Source of the DNA: a bacterium
GTDB taxonomy: Bacteria > Zixibacteria > MSB-5A5 > CAIYYT01
Length of the DNA: 60,361 bases
NCBI GenBank assembly: GCA_030631605.1
Contig: DAOVKV010000001.1
Coordinates: 1-60,361, forward strand
Direction of reading: 5' to 3'
Positions 16,725 to 26,407 of the stretch are shown piece after piece (within the stretch, counting starts at the first letter, position 1; every line of letters begins with the position of its first letter). The notes beneath the pieces were generated by a model. It was not told the origin of the DNA. It saw nothing but the letters and a program-made list of their open reading frames with translations, and did not search any database. A program made the translations under genes and the position numbers.

Positions 16725-16912
16725 ATGAACTGCAAAAAACGGGCTATTGTAGGAATTTAGTCTGCCTGCTGACGTTCTGTATGATGCTTGCATCTTGCGG
16801 AGACGATCCTACTTCTCCGGATCCACCGCCGCAGGATTATTTGTGGGCGGCAGACGTCCGCGTCTACCCTTTGTTTATCCGGCGGATGGGTAGATCGGGA
16901 AATCTGCCGTGA
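16725..16912 (+). pseudogene. Possible small lipoprotein gene split at an A6 tract
   Basis: ATG at 16725 gives MNCKK then a stop. Adding one A to the A6 run (16734-16739) yields MNCKKTGYCRNLVCLLTFCMMLASCGDDPTSPDPPPQDYLW..., a signal peptide with lipobox. Very tentative. Confidence 0.25.
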
Positions 16913-16993
16913 ACAACGCCTCGATATGTTGCGGTTTGCCGATTGGACAATAAGCAATTGCAATATGATTCAAGCACGCTATATTGACATGAC

Positions 16994-18184
16994 ATGCAGA
17001 TGTCCTCAGTTACAGCGGTGGCAGCGGCCGCAACGAAACTTTTTAATCGGGCGGTAGCCCTGCGGCGCCAACTGCACCAGACGCCGGAAACCGCCTGGCA
17101 GGAGAAAAAAACCGCGCGGAAATTGCGCCACTGGCTGAAACACTACGGCATTTCCCATCGCTCCATCGCCGGTACCGGAATTATGGCCGAGATCAAATCG
17201 GGAAAAGGGAGGGTTATTGCGCTCCGTACCGATATGGACGCCCTGCCGATAACCGAAGAAACCGACTACCCCTTCAAATCAACTCAGCCGGGGCGGATGC
17301 ATGCCTGCGGTCACGATATTCACATGGCCGTGGTATGTACCTGTGCGACGATTCTAAAACAGCTTCAAGGGGAGTATCGCGGCACCGTCAAGTTTTTCTT
17401 TCAACCAGCCGAGGAAGTGCCGCCGGGAGGAGCGCGGGAGTTGATTCGAGCGGGGGTGATGAATAATCCACAGGTGGAGATGATTCTCGGCCTGCATGTC
17501 AATGCCGACATCAAAATCGGCCGGATTGGTGTGCGAGATGGCACTCTAATGGCGGGGGCGCTTGACTTTGATATCGAGATTGAAGGCAAAGGCGGGCATG
17601 GCGCGCTGCCCCACAAGACCGACGATCCTCTTCTTTGTGCGGCGACGCTGGTACAGAAACTGCAAACCATTGTGCCGCGAAATATCGATCCCTTTGAACC
17701 GGCAGTGGTATCAATTGGTAAAATTGAAGGAGGTTCGGCGCGCAATATTATACCGCCTGCCTGCAAGCTGTTGGGCACGGCGCGAGCAATGAATACGAAG
17801 ACACTGAGACAACTGCATCGACGGATTATGAAGATTGTCACCACTACCGCCAAAGGTTTTAACTGTCGCTCCCGCGTGACATTTCTCGATGGCTATCCGC
17901 CCCTGATTAACGATAGCAGGGCAAATAAGTTGATCGTGGCTGCCGCTAAGGAATCGCTGGGTGACAGAGCAATCGAGTACCTGGCAAATCCCTACCTGGG
18001 TGGCGAAGATTTCGCCCGTTATCTGGAGCATGCCACCGGCGCCATGTTTCACCTCGGCATCGGTAACAAGAAGATCGGCGCCGTTTATGGCTGGCACCAT
18101 CCTCGCTTCAAAGCGGACGAGAAAGCCATCGACATCGGCGCCAGAGTGCTTACCAATGCAGCGATTGGTTTTCTGAATGGCTAA
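16994..18184 (+). CDS. M20-family amidohydrolase (N-acyl-amino-acid amidohydrolase / hippurate hydrolase-like)
   Basis: 396-aa ORF. RRQLHQTPE, ALRTDMDALPI, MHACGHDIHMA, FQPAEE and GGEDFA are M20D motifs. Confidence 0.8.
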   Translation: MQMSSVTAVAAAATKLFNRAVALRRQLHQTPETAWQEKKTARKLRHWLKHYGISHRSIAGTGIMAEIKSGKGRVIALRTDMDALPITEETDYPFKSTQPGRMHACGHDIHMAVVCTCATILKQLQGEYRGTVKFFFQPAEEVPPGGARELIRAGVMNNPQVEMILGLHVNADIKIGRIGVRDGTLMAGALDFDIEIEGKGGHGALPHKTDDPLLCAATLVQKLQTIVPRNIDPFEPAVVSIGKIEGGSARNIIPPACKLLGTARAMNTKTLRQLHRRIMKIVTTTAKGFNCRSRVTFLDGYPPLINDSRANKLIVAAAKESLGDRAIEYLANPYLGGEDFARYLEHATGAMFHLGIGNKKIGAVYGWHHPRFKADEKAIDIGARVLTNAAIGFLNG

Positions 18185-19667
18185 GATAACCTTGAGTATA
18201 GCAGTTCTGACACTGGTACTAATGCCGGCGGCTGCCGGTCAGCAGATATATACGTTCTACAATCGGGGCGACTGGGTCAGCTACACTAATACCAGGTATG
18301 TTACCGCCATTGCCCGCGGTTTCAATACCATCTATTTCGGTACCACCGGCGGCATCCTGCGCTACGACAAAACGACTGAGAAGTGGCTTGACCCTCTGAC
18401 GATATCCAACGGTATGCCGGAAAACCATATCCGCAAAATGGTCGTCGACCGGCTCACCGACGAAATCTGGATTGAAACTCCCAATCATACCGCCTACTAC
18501 AGTGTCGGTTTCGAGGAATGGTATCTCAATGAGCCTTTTCCTGACAACCGACCGCAGCCTGACGGTATCTCGCCCGCGCGATTTCCCCAGATGTTTGTCA
18601 GCCCTGGCTATCACTACCTTCCCGGAGGATCATTGCTTGGGCACAACCTGCTGGAATACCCGATTACGGAAACGCTCCTGGATGATGCTGAAGTTGTCTG
18701 GGTTGGTGCCTGGGGTTTGGGCGCCGGTCGGGCTGACTTGCGGCGCGCGTCGCTGGAGCTGCTGCCCTTTGGGCCTTACGATTCTGACATCGGCGCTTTT
18801 ACCATCGACGGCGACGATTTCTGGTTCACCGGCGGCGGTGACGGTATGCCGGGTGCGATCAGCCACTATGACCGGCGAGAGGATAGCTGGGAGTATTTCG
18901 AGCCCCGCGAACATCTCCGCATCAATTCCGACCAGTTCTATGTCGTTAAGCATGATGCTAGAAATATCTGGCTGGGCACTGAACTGGGTCTGGTGCGCTA
19001 TGACAGGAAGAGAAAGGGATTTACTTCCTACACTCATTTCGACGGCATCTATGGCGAGCGGGTAACCGCCCTTCTGCCGACCCGGGGAAACGTGATCATC
19101 GGCACCGACATCGGTGTCAGTGTCTTTGATCTCAAACGAGACACTATCTATTCTGCCACCGAAGATAATCTCCGCGGTCGTATCGTCCTCGATCTCGAAC
19201 TTGGCGGTAAGACCATCTATGCCGCCACCGACTATGGTATCTACACGCTGCTCTGGGGCGGTAGCTTCTGGCAACGCTGTCTCGAGTCTGAACCGGTGGT
19301 GCATGGTGTTGTTTTCGATATCCAGATTGTTGATTCGCTGCTTTATGCCGTCAGCGATGACGGCGTGGTGGTGGTCAACCTGAACAGCAATGACTACGTT
19401 CTCCACGATCGCAACACCCGCTTTAACAATGCTGACCTGCGCGTACTGCTGGTTCATGAGGATGTGGTCTGGGCGGGCGGCGCTGATGGTCTCTTCCGGT
19501 TGAATAAGAAGACGGGTAACTGGTATCAATATACACCGGCTGACGGATTAATCAGCTACCATGTCACCTCGCTGGCGGCTGATGGTCAGCATATCTGGAT
19601 TGGTACCGACAAGGGTATCACCAGGTTTCTTTGGCAGGCGCAGTGGCGACCGGACAACCGGGAATGA
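18177..19667 (+). CDS. Secreted beta-propeller protein (two-component-regulator-propeller-like repeats)
   Basis: Signal peptide MAKITLSIAVLTLVLMPAAAGQQ. Repeated blades: IYFGTTGGILRYD, IWLGTELGLVRYD, VIIGTDIGVSVFD, IYAATDYGIYTL, VWAGGADGLFRL, IWIGTDKGITRF. Confidence 0.6.
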   Translation: MAKITLSIAVLTLVLMPAAAGQQIYTFYNRGDWVSYTNTRYVTAIARGFNTIYFGTTGGILRYDKTTEKWLDPLTISNGMPENHIRKMVVDRLTDEIWIETPNHTAYYSVGFEEWYLNEPFPDNRPQPDGISPARFPQMFVSPGYHYLPGGSLLGHNLLEYPITETLLDDAEVVWVGAWGLGAGRADLRRASLELLPFGPYDSDIGAFTIDGDDFWFTGGGDGMPGAISHYDRREDSWEYFEPREHLRINSDQFYVVKHDARNIWLGTELGLVRYDRKRKGFTSYTHFDGIYGERVTALLPTRGNVIIGTDIGVSVFDLKRDTIYSATEDNLRGRIVLDLELGGKTIYAATDYGIYTLLWGGSFWQRCLESEPVVHGVVFDIQIVDSLLYAVSDDGVVVVNLNSNDYVLHDRNTRFNNADLRVLLVHEDVVWAGGADGLFRLNKKTGNWYQYTPADGLISYHVTSLAADGQHIWIGTDKGITRFLWQAQWRPDNRE

Positions 19668-19867
19668 TTTGCTTTAATCACCTCTCGATGAACAGCCTGC
19701 GGCTGCGGCGACTGGGAAGAGAAGGTTTCACGACTGGATAGTCTGAAAGAAAGAGGCAACCTTCTGAAAACAGGCAAGGTAAAGAGAATGATAGAGATCA
19801 CTCAGCAGAGCACGAGCAATGGTGCGATCAGATCGGCGGTAACGGAAATGACGGGAGGAAAACGATT

Positions 19868-21346
19868 GTGATCTCTAATCCCCTGAAGACCTTTCTACTT
19901 CTCCTGTTGTCGGCAATGATACTGAGCGTGCAACCGAGCCGGGCTGCCGGTGATGAACGCTTTGACAGGCAGGATATCCCTTTTAATAGCAAGGTGCTGG
20001 GCGTTTTCTTCCCTGATCTGGACGGCGATGCCATAAGTGAGCTGTTGCTCTTTCTGGAGAATGATGACCAGACTCGCCGCTTAAGAATACTCAAGCAAGG
20101 GCAGTCACGATCTTTTGCCACCGCCACCGATATTGACCTGGCTCTGCCGTCGACGGTATTCGCTTTACAGATCATCGATTTCGACAATGACCGGAAAGAA
20201 GAGATTCTGCTGTTAGGGCACGACACGCTTTACCTGCTGGAGTTGGATAACGGCGTCTACTCAGGCAACATGGAGGTAGTCGCTTCCTTTGAACCTCTCT
20301 TTTCACTCCCAGACCCTGAGCATGTCACAGCGCTTGATTTTGCTTTCGACCTGAATGACGACGGGGTTTTTGAACTGCTGCTTCCCAATCGGTGTGGGGT
20401 GCAGTTACTGGTGCAGCACGATGGCAAGTACGTTCGCAGCCATCAATTTAAGATCAGGCAGAAAGCTGCCGGTGTTCGGCGCCGCGGTCTTTTGCAGGCC
20501 GGTCAACAAGGAGCCTTTAGCTTGGCTTTACCCCGGGTCGCGGCGCATGATCTCAATACCGATCGTATCCAGGATGTTTTCATCGAAACAGCCAACGGCC
20601 TGGCGGTTTTTCATCAGACCGGCGACCTGAATTTTCGTTCCGTCCCCGATAAAAGAGTCGGTGTTCGCTCATCATATCGAGAAGACCTTTGTTTCTTTAC
20701 TTCCGCGCTCAGTGACCTCAATAATGATGGCCTCATTGATTACTGTCGCGTCTTCACCCAGGCAGAGGGATTTGACGTCAAGTCGCTGGTGGAGGTTTTC
20801 CTGGGTAACATTCACAGCGGCTATCCGCAACGGCCTTCCAGGCGCATAGTCCTGGAAGAGTTCATTGTCGGCCTGACGCTGGTTGATCTCGGCGGCGGCA
20901 CGACGTCGCTGGTGGTGGCAACTGAGAAACTCAGCACGGTGAGCATGGTGAAATCGCTGATGGTGAAGCGCATTCCGGTGGAACTGAAAGTGTTTGCGTT
21001 TTCCGGCGGGATGATGGCCGAGGAGCCACTGGCGGTGAAAAAGACCTCCTGCGCGCTCAGACTGCTGGGACAGCAGTTCCCGGCCCGTTTTATCGGTTCT
21101 ATGCGGGCCGATTTGGATGGCGACGGTAAGAACGAATTGGTCGTAATCGATCATGACGACAAGCTCCAGGTTTACAAAGGAGGTGGCAAAGAGATATTTG
21201 CCGACAAGCCCCTTTATTCTCTTTCTCTGCCGGGGACAGGCACGATTATCACGGCTCACCTGGATTCAGACCGGAAAGCCGACCTGGTGCTGGTCGGTGT
21301 CGACGAGGATGGCCGCGAGCGGATCACGATTCTGCGCCCGAAGTAA
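19868..21346 (+). CDS. Secreted FG-GAP/VCBS-like repeat protein
   Basis: GTG start with signal peptide (LLLLLSAMILSVQPSRAAG). Repeated Ca-binding-type loops: DLDGDAISELLLF, DFDNDRKEEILLLG, DLNDDGVFELLLP, DLNNDGLIDY, DLDGDGKNELVVID, LDSDRKADLVLVG. Confidence 0.55.
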   Translation: MISNPLKTFLLLLLSAMILSVQPSRAAGDERFDRQDIPFNSKVLGVFFPDLDGDAISELLLFLENDDQTRRLRILKQGQSRSFATATDIDLALPSTVFALQIIDFDNDRKEEILLLGHDTLYLLELDNGVYSGNMEVVASFEPLFSLPDPEHVTALDFAFDLNDDGVFELLLPNRCGVQLLVQHDGKYVRSHQFKIRQKAAGVRRRGLLQAGQQGAFSLALPRVAAHDLNTDRIQDVFIETANGLAVFHQTGDLNFRSVPDKRVGVRSSYREDLCFFTSALSDLNNDGLIDYCRVFTQAEGFDVKSLVEVFLGNIHSGYPQRPSRRIVLEEFIVGLTLVDLGGGTTSLVVATEKLSTVSMVKSLMVKRIPVELKVFAFSGGMMAEEPLAVKKTSCALRLLGQQFPARFIGSMRADLDGDGKNELVVIDHDDKLQVYKGGGKEIFADKPLYSLSLPGTGTIITAHLDSDRKADLVLVGVDEDGRERITILRPK

Positions 21347-21429
21347 TCAATTTGGTTGACAAGGGGATGCAGAGCTGATAACTTCGGAGGAGTTGGAAAT
21401 GTGCCACCGGCAAGCAGTAAGGAGAGGTT

Positions 21430-21624
21430 TTGACTGAACACTGTTTTCCCGATTGCCTGAAGTGCAACAAGGGCAGATTGTTACCACTTTCTGATTATGG
21501 TCGGGAAGGATCGTCGATCTATTACAAGGCCTGGGTCTGTTCCAACCCTGACTGCGGCTTCAGTATTCGTATCGACAATGGTGAAATCTCGTTCGGCCGC
21601 ACTATCCTGCCGTCGAACAAGTAG
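21430..21624 (+). CDS. Small zinc-ribbon protein (64 aa)
   Basis: TTG start after AAGGAGAGG. Two Cys pairs, CLKC and CSNPDC. No family recognised. Confidence 0.35.
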   Translation: MTEHCFPDCLKCNKGRLLPLSDYGREGSSIYYKAWVCSNPDCGFSIRIDNGEISFGRTILPSNK

Positions 21625-21653
21625 CTACTAAGGCCGTCTTCGTGAAGGGAACC

Positions 21654-22577
21654 ATGCGCTTCAACCCCTTCAAGAATATCCTTCTCAGGGTCAGCGCCGT
21701 CGCTCTGGCGTTGTTGCTCTGGGTTCACGTCGCCACAAACAAAACCTATGAGTACCGGCTTGATATTCCCATCAGGATCGTTGATCTTCCGGAAAAGCTG
21801 GTATTGGTCAGCGACACGCCGGAGAATGTCTATGTCAAGGTTAAGGCGACCGGCAAACAGTTGATCTCAATGGCGATGACTGAGCCGGAGATTAGAATCT
21901 CCGCCGCCAAGTTCAAGAGGGGGTTGAACAAGCGCGAGATCAAGGACAGCGACATCTTAGGCGCCCTGACGCGACCCCATGAGGAATTCGAGCTGATCCT
22001 GCCACAAGAACTGCGGCTGCGCTGCGAGCGCCGGCTTGAGAAAAGAGTTCCGGTACGCGCCGACAATCTGGTTGAACCGGCGACCGGATTCGCCATCATG
22101 TCGCGTCTGCGAATTGAGCCGGAATCGGTGACGGTCAGCGGTCCCGCCTCGGTAGTGTCGCGGCTACGGAGTTTGAGGACAGATAGCACCAAATTCGTCG
22201 AACTGCGAGCGCCAGTAACCGAAGAAATCGACTTGATAATTGCCGATTCCCTGAGACTTATGGTCAGCGACTCGGCAGTACTGGTGACAATTGAAGTTGA
22301 GGTGAAAAGGCAGAAGATATTTAGCGAAGTTGCTGTTATCCCGCCGCGCAACTTCAAATCAAAGAGGTTCTCCTATCTTCCCGATACCCTGTCGCTAACA
22401 CTGGAAATCCCGCAGTCGCAGGTCGATTCTTTCACTGTTAATGATTTCCGGGTGACATTCAAAAGCCCACCGATCCTGAAAGATTCGGCCAGGGCGGAGA
22501 TCCGTTACGATCTACCCGAAAATGTCGGAATTGTCGGTCCAAAACCGGACTCGCTTCTCATTCTTGCCAAGAGATGA
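21654..22577 (+). CDS. YbbR-like domain protein
   Basis: N-terminal anchor (MRFNPFKNILLRVSAVALALLLWV) followed by repeated YbbR-type segments (TYEYRLDIPIRIVDLPEKLVL..., VSGPASVVSRLRSL...). The track ORF starts at GTG 21642; I prefer ATG 21654. Confidence 0.65.
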   Translation: MRFNPFKNILLRVSAVALALLLWVHVATNKTYEYRLDIPIRIVDLPEKLVLVSDTPENVYVKVKATGKQLISMAMTEPEIRISAAKFKRGLNKREIKDSDILGALTRPHEEFELILPQELRLRCERRLEKRVPVRADNLVEPATGFAIMSRLRIEPESVTVSGPASVVSRLRSLRTDSTKFVELRAPVTEEIDLIIADSLRLMVSDSAVLVTIEVEVKRQKIFSEVAVIPPRNFKSKRFSYLPDTLSLTLEIPQSQVDSFTVNDFRVTFKSPPILKDSARAEIRYDLPENVGIVGPKPDSLLILAKR

Positions 22578-23578
22578 GAATACTGGGCATTGAGACATCG
22601 TGTGACGAGACCGCTCTCGCTGTTGTCGAAGATGGCCGCAAGGTTCTGTGCGAGTTCGTCTACTCCCAGGTGGAGCATGCCGAATTCGGTGGCATTGTTC
22701 CGGAGATTGCCTCGCGGCAGCAGATTCGCAAGATTGGTCCCCTTTTCCAAGCCTGTAATGAGGCCTTTCCGTTGGCGCCTAATACTATCGATGGAATCGC
22801 CGTGACCTGCGGCCCCGGCCTGGTCGGTTCGCTGTTGGTCGGACTCAATTTCGCCAAGGGTTTGGCCTACGGCTGGGAGCTGCCGTTCCTAGGAATCAAT
22901 CATCTTGAAGGCCATATTTTCGCCAACTACCTGAGCGACGATTCGATATTGTCTCCTTTCATCTGCTTGATTGTCTCCGGCGGGCATACCATGATTGTCA
23001 AAGTGAACGATTGGTGCGACTACGATGTGCTGGGTTCGACACGTGATGACGCTGCCGGCGAGGCCTATGACAAGGTGGCCAAACTGCTTGGTCTCGGTTA
23101 CCCCGGGGGTGGACGTATCGATAGCCTGGCTGCCGGTGGCGATCCGGCCTTTCACAGGTTTCCCGCCGCGAAATTCAAAACCGGCGGCTACCAGTTCTCC
23201 TTTTCCGGTCTCAAGACGGCGGTGGCGATGTATCTCAAGGACAAAACAGAATCATTTATTGGGGATCATCTTGCCGATATCTGCGCTTCGTTTCAGGCGC
23301 GGGTCGTTGATATGCTGGTTTCACCGACAATCAGCGCTGCGAAAGACCATCAGATTAACACTGTCGCTATCGGTGGTGGCGTCGCGGCCAATTCCGGTTT
23401 GCGGCGGGAATTTGAACGTCGTGCCGCCGCGGAGAAAATACGAGTCTTCTTCCCCGACCTCAAGTACTGTACCGATAACGGTGCAATGATCGCTGCGGCC
23501 GGATGTTATCGTATGCAGCGCGGTGAGCGATCCGATTTTTCCCTGACGGCAACACCCTACCTGCCGCTGATAAGCTAA
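22574..23578 (+). CDS. tsaD: tRNA N6-adenosine threonylcarbamoyltransferase
   Basis: MRILGIETSCDETALAVV, HLEGHI, VSGGHT and GGVAAN are Kae1/TsaD family motifs. ATGA overlap with the upstream gene. Confidence 0.9.
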   Translation: MRILGIETSCDETALAVVEDGRKVLCEFVYSQVEHAEFGGIVPEIASRQQIRKIGPLFQACNEAFPLAPNTIDGIAVTCGPGLVGSLLVGLNFAKGLAYGWELPFLGINHLEGHIFANYLSDDSILSPFICLIVSGGHTMIVKVNDWCDYDVLGSTRDDAAGEAYDKVAKLLGLGYPGGGRIDSLAAGGDPAFHRFPAAKFKTGGYQFSFSGLKTAVAMYLKDKTESFIGDHLADICASFQARVVDMLVSPTISAAKDHQINTVAIGGGVAANSGLRREFERRAAAEKIRVFFPDLKYCTDNGAMIAAAGCYRMQRGERSDFSLTATPYLPLIS

Positions 23579-23737
23579 AAGCTGTCCAACAAGAGAATCT
23601 ACTTGGGCGTCGTCCGTCGGCGTCTGTGGATCGAAACTGTTGGTTTCGATATGTCAAAGAACAAAAAGAAAGGCCTAATCCGGATTAACCGGCATAAAGC
23701 GGAGCAACCGGCGAGCAAGGACGTTAAGCAAGGAGTA

Positions 23738-23767
23738 GTCAAAACCACAAGGGTTTTGACCTACAAG
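23738..23767 (-). repeat. REP-like hairpin with GTAG head (copy 1)
   Basis: Plus strand reads GTCAAAACC-acaag-GGTTTTGAC-CTACAAG. On the minus strand this is CTTGTAG followed by a 9-bp stem hairpin. Confidence 0.6.
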
Positions 23768-23807
23768 ATGTTTTCCACCATGAATGGTGAGTCATCGGCT
23801 AAGTTGC

Positions 23808-25526
23808 TTAGAATTGATTTGTTATCGGCCAGTGGTGCTCCTGGTCGAAGGTGCAGGGGGTGATCCTGACACCAGGGGGCGCCTGGCGACGTTTGTGCTC
23901 AGAAGCCATTACCATCCTGACTACTCTCTCGACCACTTTCCGGTCGAAACCAGCCTTGATGATTTCCGCGACAGGTTTGTTTTCCTCGATAAAGGCCTGA
24001 AGAATCTTGTCAAGAATATCATAGGGAGGCAGCGCATCGCTGTCGAGTTGATCCTTTCTCAGTTCCGCTGAAGGGGGACGTATGATGATTTCACGAGCGA
24101 TGATTTCCCGCTTGCGGCTGCGGTTGAGATAGCGGCAAATCTTGTAGACCATCGTCTTGGGAATGTCTTTCAGAACCGCAAACCCGCCTACCATGTCTCC
24201 GTAAAGGGTACAATAACCAACTGCGGCTTCACTCTTGTTGCCCGTATTGAGCACCAGATGACCAAACTTGTTGGAGAAGGCCATCAGCAGGTTGCCGCGG
24301 ATACGTGCCTGGATATTCTCCTCGGTAGTATCTTCAGGCAGATTCCGGAAAAACGGCCCTAGATCATGGCGATAAGCGGCATAGAGATTGTCAATTGACA
24401 TCTCATATAGCTTGATTTTGAGCAGCTTCGCCTGTTTGGCCGCCGCTTGACGTGATATTGCCAAGGTAAACTCCGACGGCATGAATAACGCTTCGACATT
24501 AGTATGACCGAGGGCGTCGACGGCCACAGCCGCAGCTAACGCCGAATCAACACCGCCCGAGAGGCCAAGCAACGCTTTTGTAAATCCATTCTTGCGGATA
24601 TAGTCGCCGGTACCCAGAACCAGCACCTGGTATATCTCTTCCGGTTCTGGTAAACGCCTTATGACCTGGCGACGTATCGGTCTCCTTTTCTTTCGGCGGC
24701 GGGTCAGTTTCAGTTCTACCTGCTCGACGGCGTACAACTCGTCACCCAGCAGAACGCCGCCGCCTACCTGGATCGCTGGTCCGCCGTTTTTCTGCCGGTA
24801 ACAAGGGAGATCAACAATCAGCAACTCCTCGACAAATTGCTGCGCGCGGGCAATCACCTTACCATTGAAATCAATTACCAGGGACCCGCCGGCAAAGACC
24901 AGCTCATCCTGTGCGCCCACAGTATTGACATAAGCAACATAGCAACGGCTGGCTTTTGCCTTTCGCTGTAACAGGCGTATCCGTTCTTTGGTTTTGTGCA
25001 GGTGGTAAGGCGAAGAGCAGAGATTCACCAGCAACCGATTGCCCAGCCCTGCCAGCAGGTCAGCTTTTGCGTGCGAAGCCTGGATATCCTCACCGATGCC
25101 GATCCCTATGGCTGTATCACCAATCCTGACAAGGGGAATGCGATTACCCGGCTGGAAGTAGCGTTTCTCATTGAACGCACCATAGTCAGGCAGCGCGATC
25201 TTGTCATAGACAAGCGTTACCTGCCGGTCGCTCAATACCGCTGCGGAATTGAATACTGCTTCTCCTCTCGCTGAGGCGTAGCCGCAAATGATGTTGATTT
25301 TGTCAGCCACCGCGGCAATCTTTTTGAGATATCTACGGTTGGCGTCAAGGAAACGCTGGTTCAGGAGAAGGTCTTCGGGCGGATAGCCGCATAACGCCAG
25401 TTCCGGAAAGAGAATCAGATCTGCTTTCTGTCGATGCGCCAGCTTGACAAAGGAGATAATCTTGTCAAAGTTGCCGGCAAAATCACCGACAGTCGGATTA
25501 ATCTGAGCAAGAGCAAATCTAATCAT
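23808..25526 (-). CDS. nadE: Glutamine-dependent NAD+ synthetase
   Basis: 572-aa ORF. N-terminal CN-hydrolase domain (LILFPELALCGYPPEDL) plus NAD synthetase domain (LGLSGGVDSALAAA, the SGGxDS P-loop). Confidence 0.9.
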   Translation of the reverse strand: MIRFALAQINPTVGDFAGNFDKIISFVKLAHRQKADLILFPELALCGYPPEDLLLNQRFLDANRRYLKKIAAVADKINIICGYASARGEAVFNSAAVLSDRQVTLVYDKIALPDYGAFNEKRYFQPGNRIPLVRIGDTAIGIGIGEDIQASHAKADLLAGLGNRLLVNLCSSPYHLHKTKERIRLLQRKAKASRCYVAYVNTVGAQDELVFAGGSLVIDFNGKVIARAQQFVEELLIVDLPCYRQKNGGPAIQVGGGVLLGDELYAVEQVELKLTRRRKKRRPIRRQVIRRLPEPEEIYQVLVLGTGDYIRKNGFTKALLGLSGGVDSALAAAVAVDALGHTNVEALFMPSEFTLAISRQAAAKQAKLLKIKLYEMSIDNLYAAYRHDLGPFFRNLPEDTTEENIQARIRGNLLMAFSNKFGHLVLNTGNKSEAAVGYCTLYGDMVGGFAVLKDIPKTMVYKICRYLNRSRKREIIAREIIIRPPSAELRKDQLDSDALPPYDILDKILQAFIEENKPVAEIIKAGFDRKVVERVVRMVMASEHKRRQAPPGVRITPCTFDQEHHWPITNQF

Positions 25527-25751
25527 TTAATCCAACTCACATCCCTTGGCGATGGCGTATCGCGACAGGTGAAGACTTCATTTTTTTTAATATATCCTAA
25601 AAAATCCATTTACTTTCAGTTCAAGCTGCGTATATTATTAAGATAGACCGACGTTGTACGTATTCTTGATTGCAAAACACGCAGCAAGGTGTATTATAAA
25701 TAGTGTTGTTCGCGAAGAGATCAACATAAAAAGAAGAGGAGGAGGGTTGCC

Positions 25752-26165
25752 ATGAAGATATCCCGAAAATCTGACTATGCGTTGCGTGCTATCGTCCATA
25801 TAGCGACGCATGTCGAAAAAGACAGGTGCTCCATTAACACCATCGCCGAATCGGAGCGGATACCGCGTGATTTCCTGGCCAAGATATTAAAAGAGCTGGC
25901 TCACACGGAGATACTGAAATCGTATCAGGGTGTGCATGGTGGTTACCAACTGGCGCGTTCGGCGGCGAAGATCAGCGTTCTTAATGTCATCGAGGCGATG
26001 GATGGCCCCCTTGGTCTCAATCTCTGCGTCCAGGGCGAACATGGCTGCGACTGCGAGGAAAAGGATAAATGTCCGATGTATCCATTCTGGGTCAAAGCTC
26101 AAAAGCAGGTTCGTTCGCTACTCAAGAATCAGACGATGGCCAAGTTCACGAAAAGGAAAAAGTAG
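25752..26165 (+). CDS. Rrf2-family transcriptional regulator
   Basis: MKISRKSDYALRAIVHIA is the Rrf2 N-terminal wHTH signature. C-terminal Cys cluster CVQGEHGCDCEEKDKC suggests an Fe-S ligand set. Confidence 0.85.
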   Translation: MKISRKSDYALRAIVHIATHVEKDRCSINTIAESERIPRDFLAKILKELAHTEILKSYQGVHGGYQLARSAAKISVLNVIEAMDGPLGLNLCVQGEHGCDCEEKDKCPMYPFWVKAQKQVRSLLKNQTMAKFTKRKK

Positions 26166-26279
26166 TTTTCCGGTGGGCGGTCAGCGGCAAGTTTCCTCTT
26201 GACGTCCGGCCTGTCGTGCGTAGTTTACCTGAAAAATCGGTTCCGCCACCTGCCGGTCGGGATGGAATCTATGGTTTAT

Positions 26280-26352
26280 GGGGCAGTAGCTCAGTTGGGA
26301 GAGCGGTACGTTCGCAACGTACAGGTCGGCGGTTCGATCCCGCTCTGCTCCA
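26280..26352 (+). tRNA. tRNA-Ala (anticodon CGC)
   Basis: Hand-folded cloverleaf. Acceptor GGGGCAG/CTGCTCC with G3:U70. D-arm GCTC-AGTTGGGA-GAGC. Anticodon arm GTACG-TTCGCAA-CGTAC. T-arm GGCGG-TTCGATC-CCGCT. Discriminator A. CCA is not encoded. Confidence 0.9.
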
Positions 26353-26407
26353 TTTATTACTGTTCGTTGTCTTCGCCAGCTTAGAAAACGGCTCCGGTTA
26401 AAACTCC

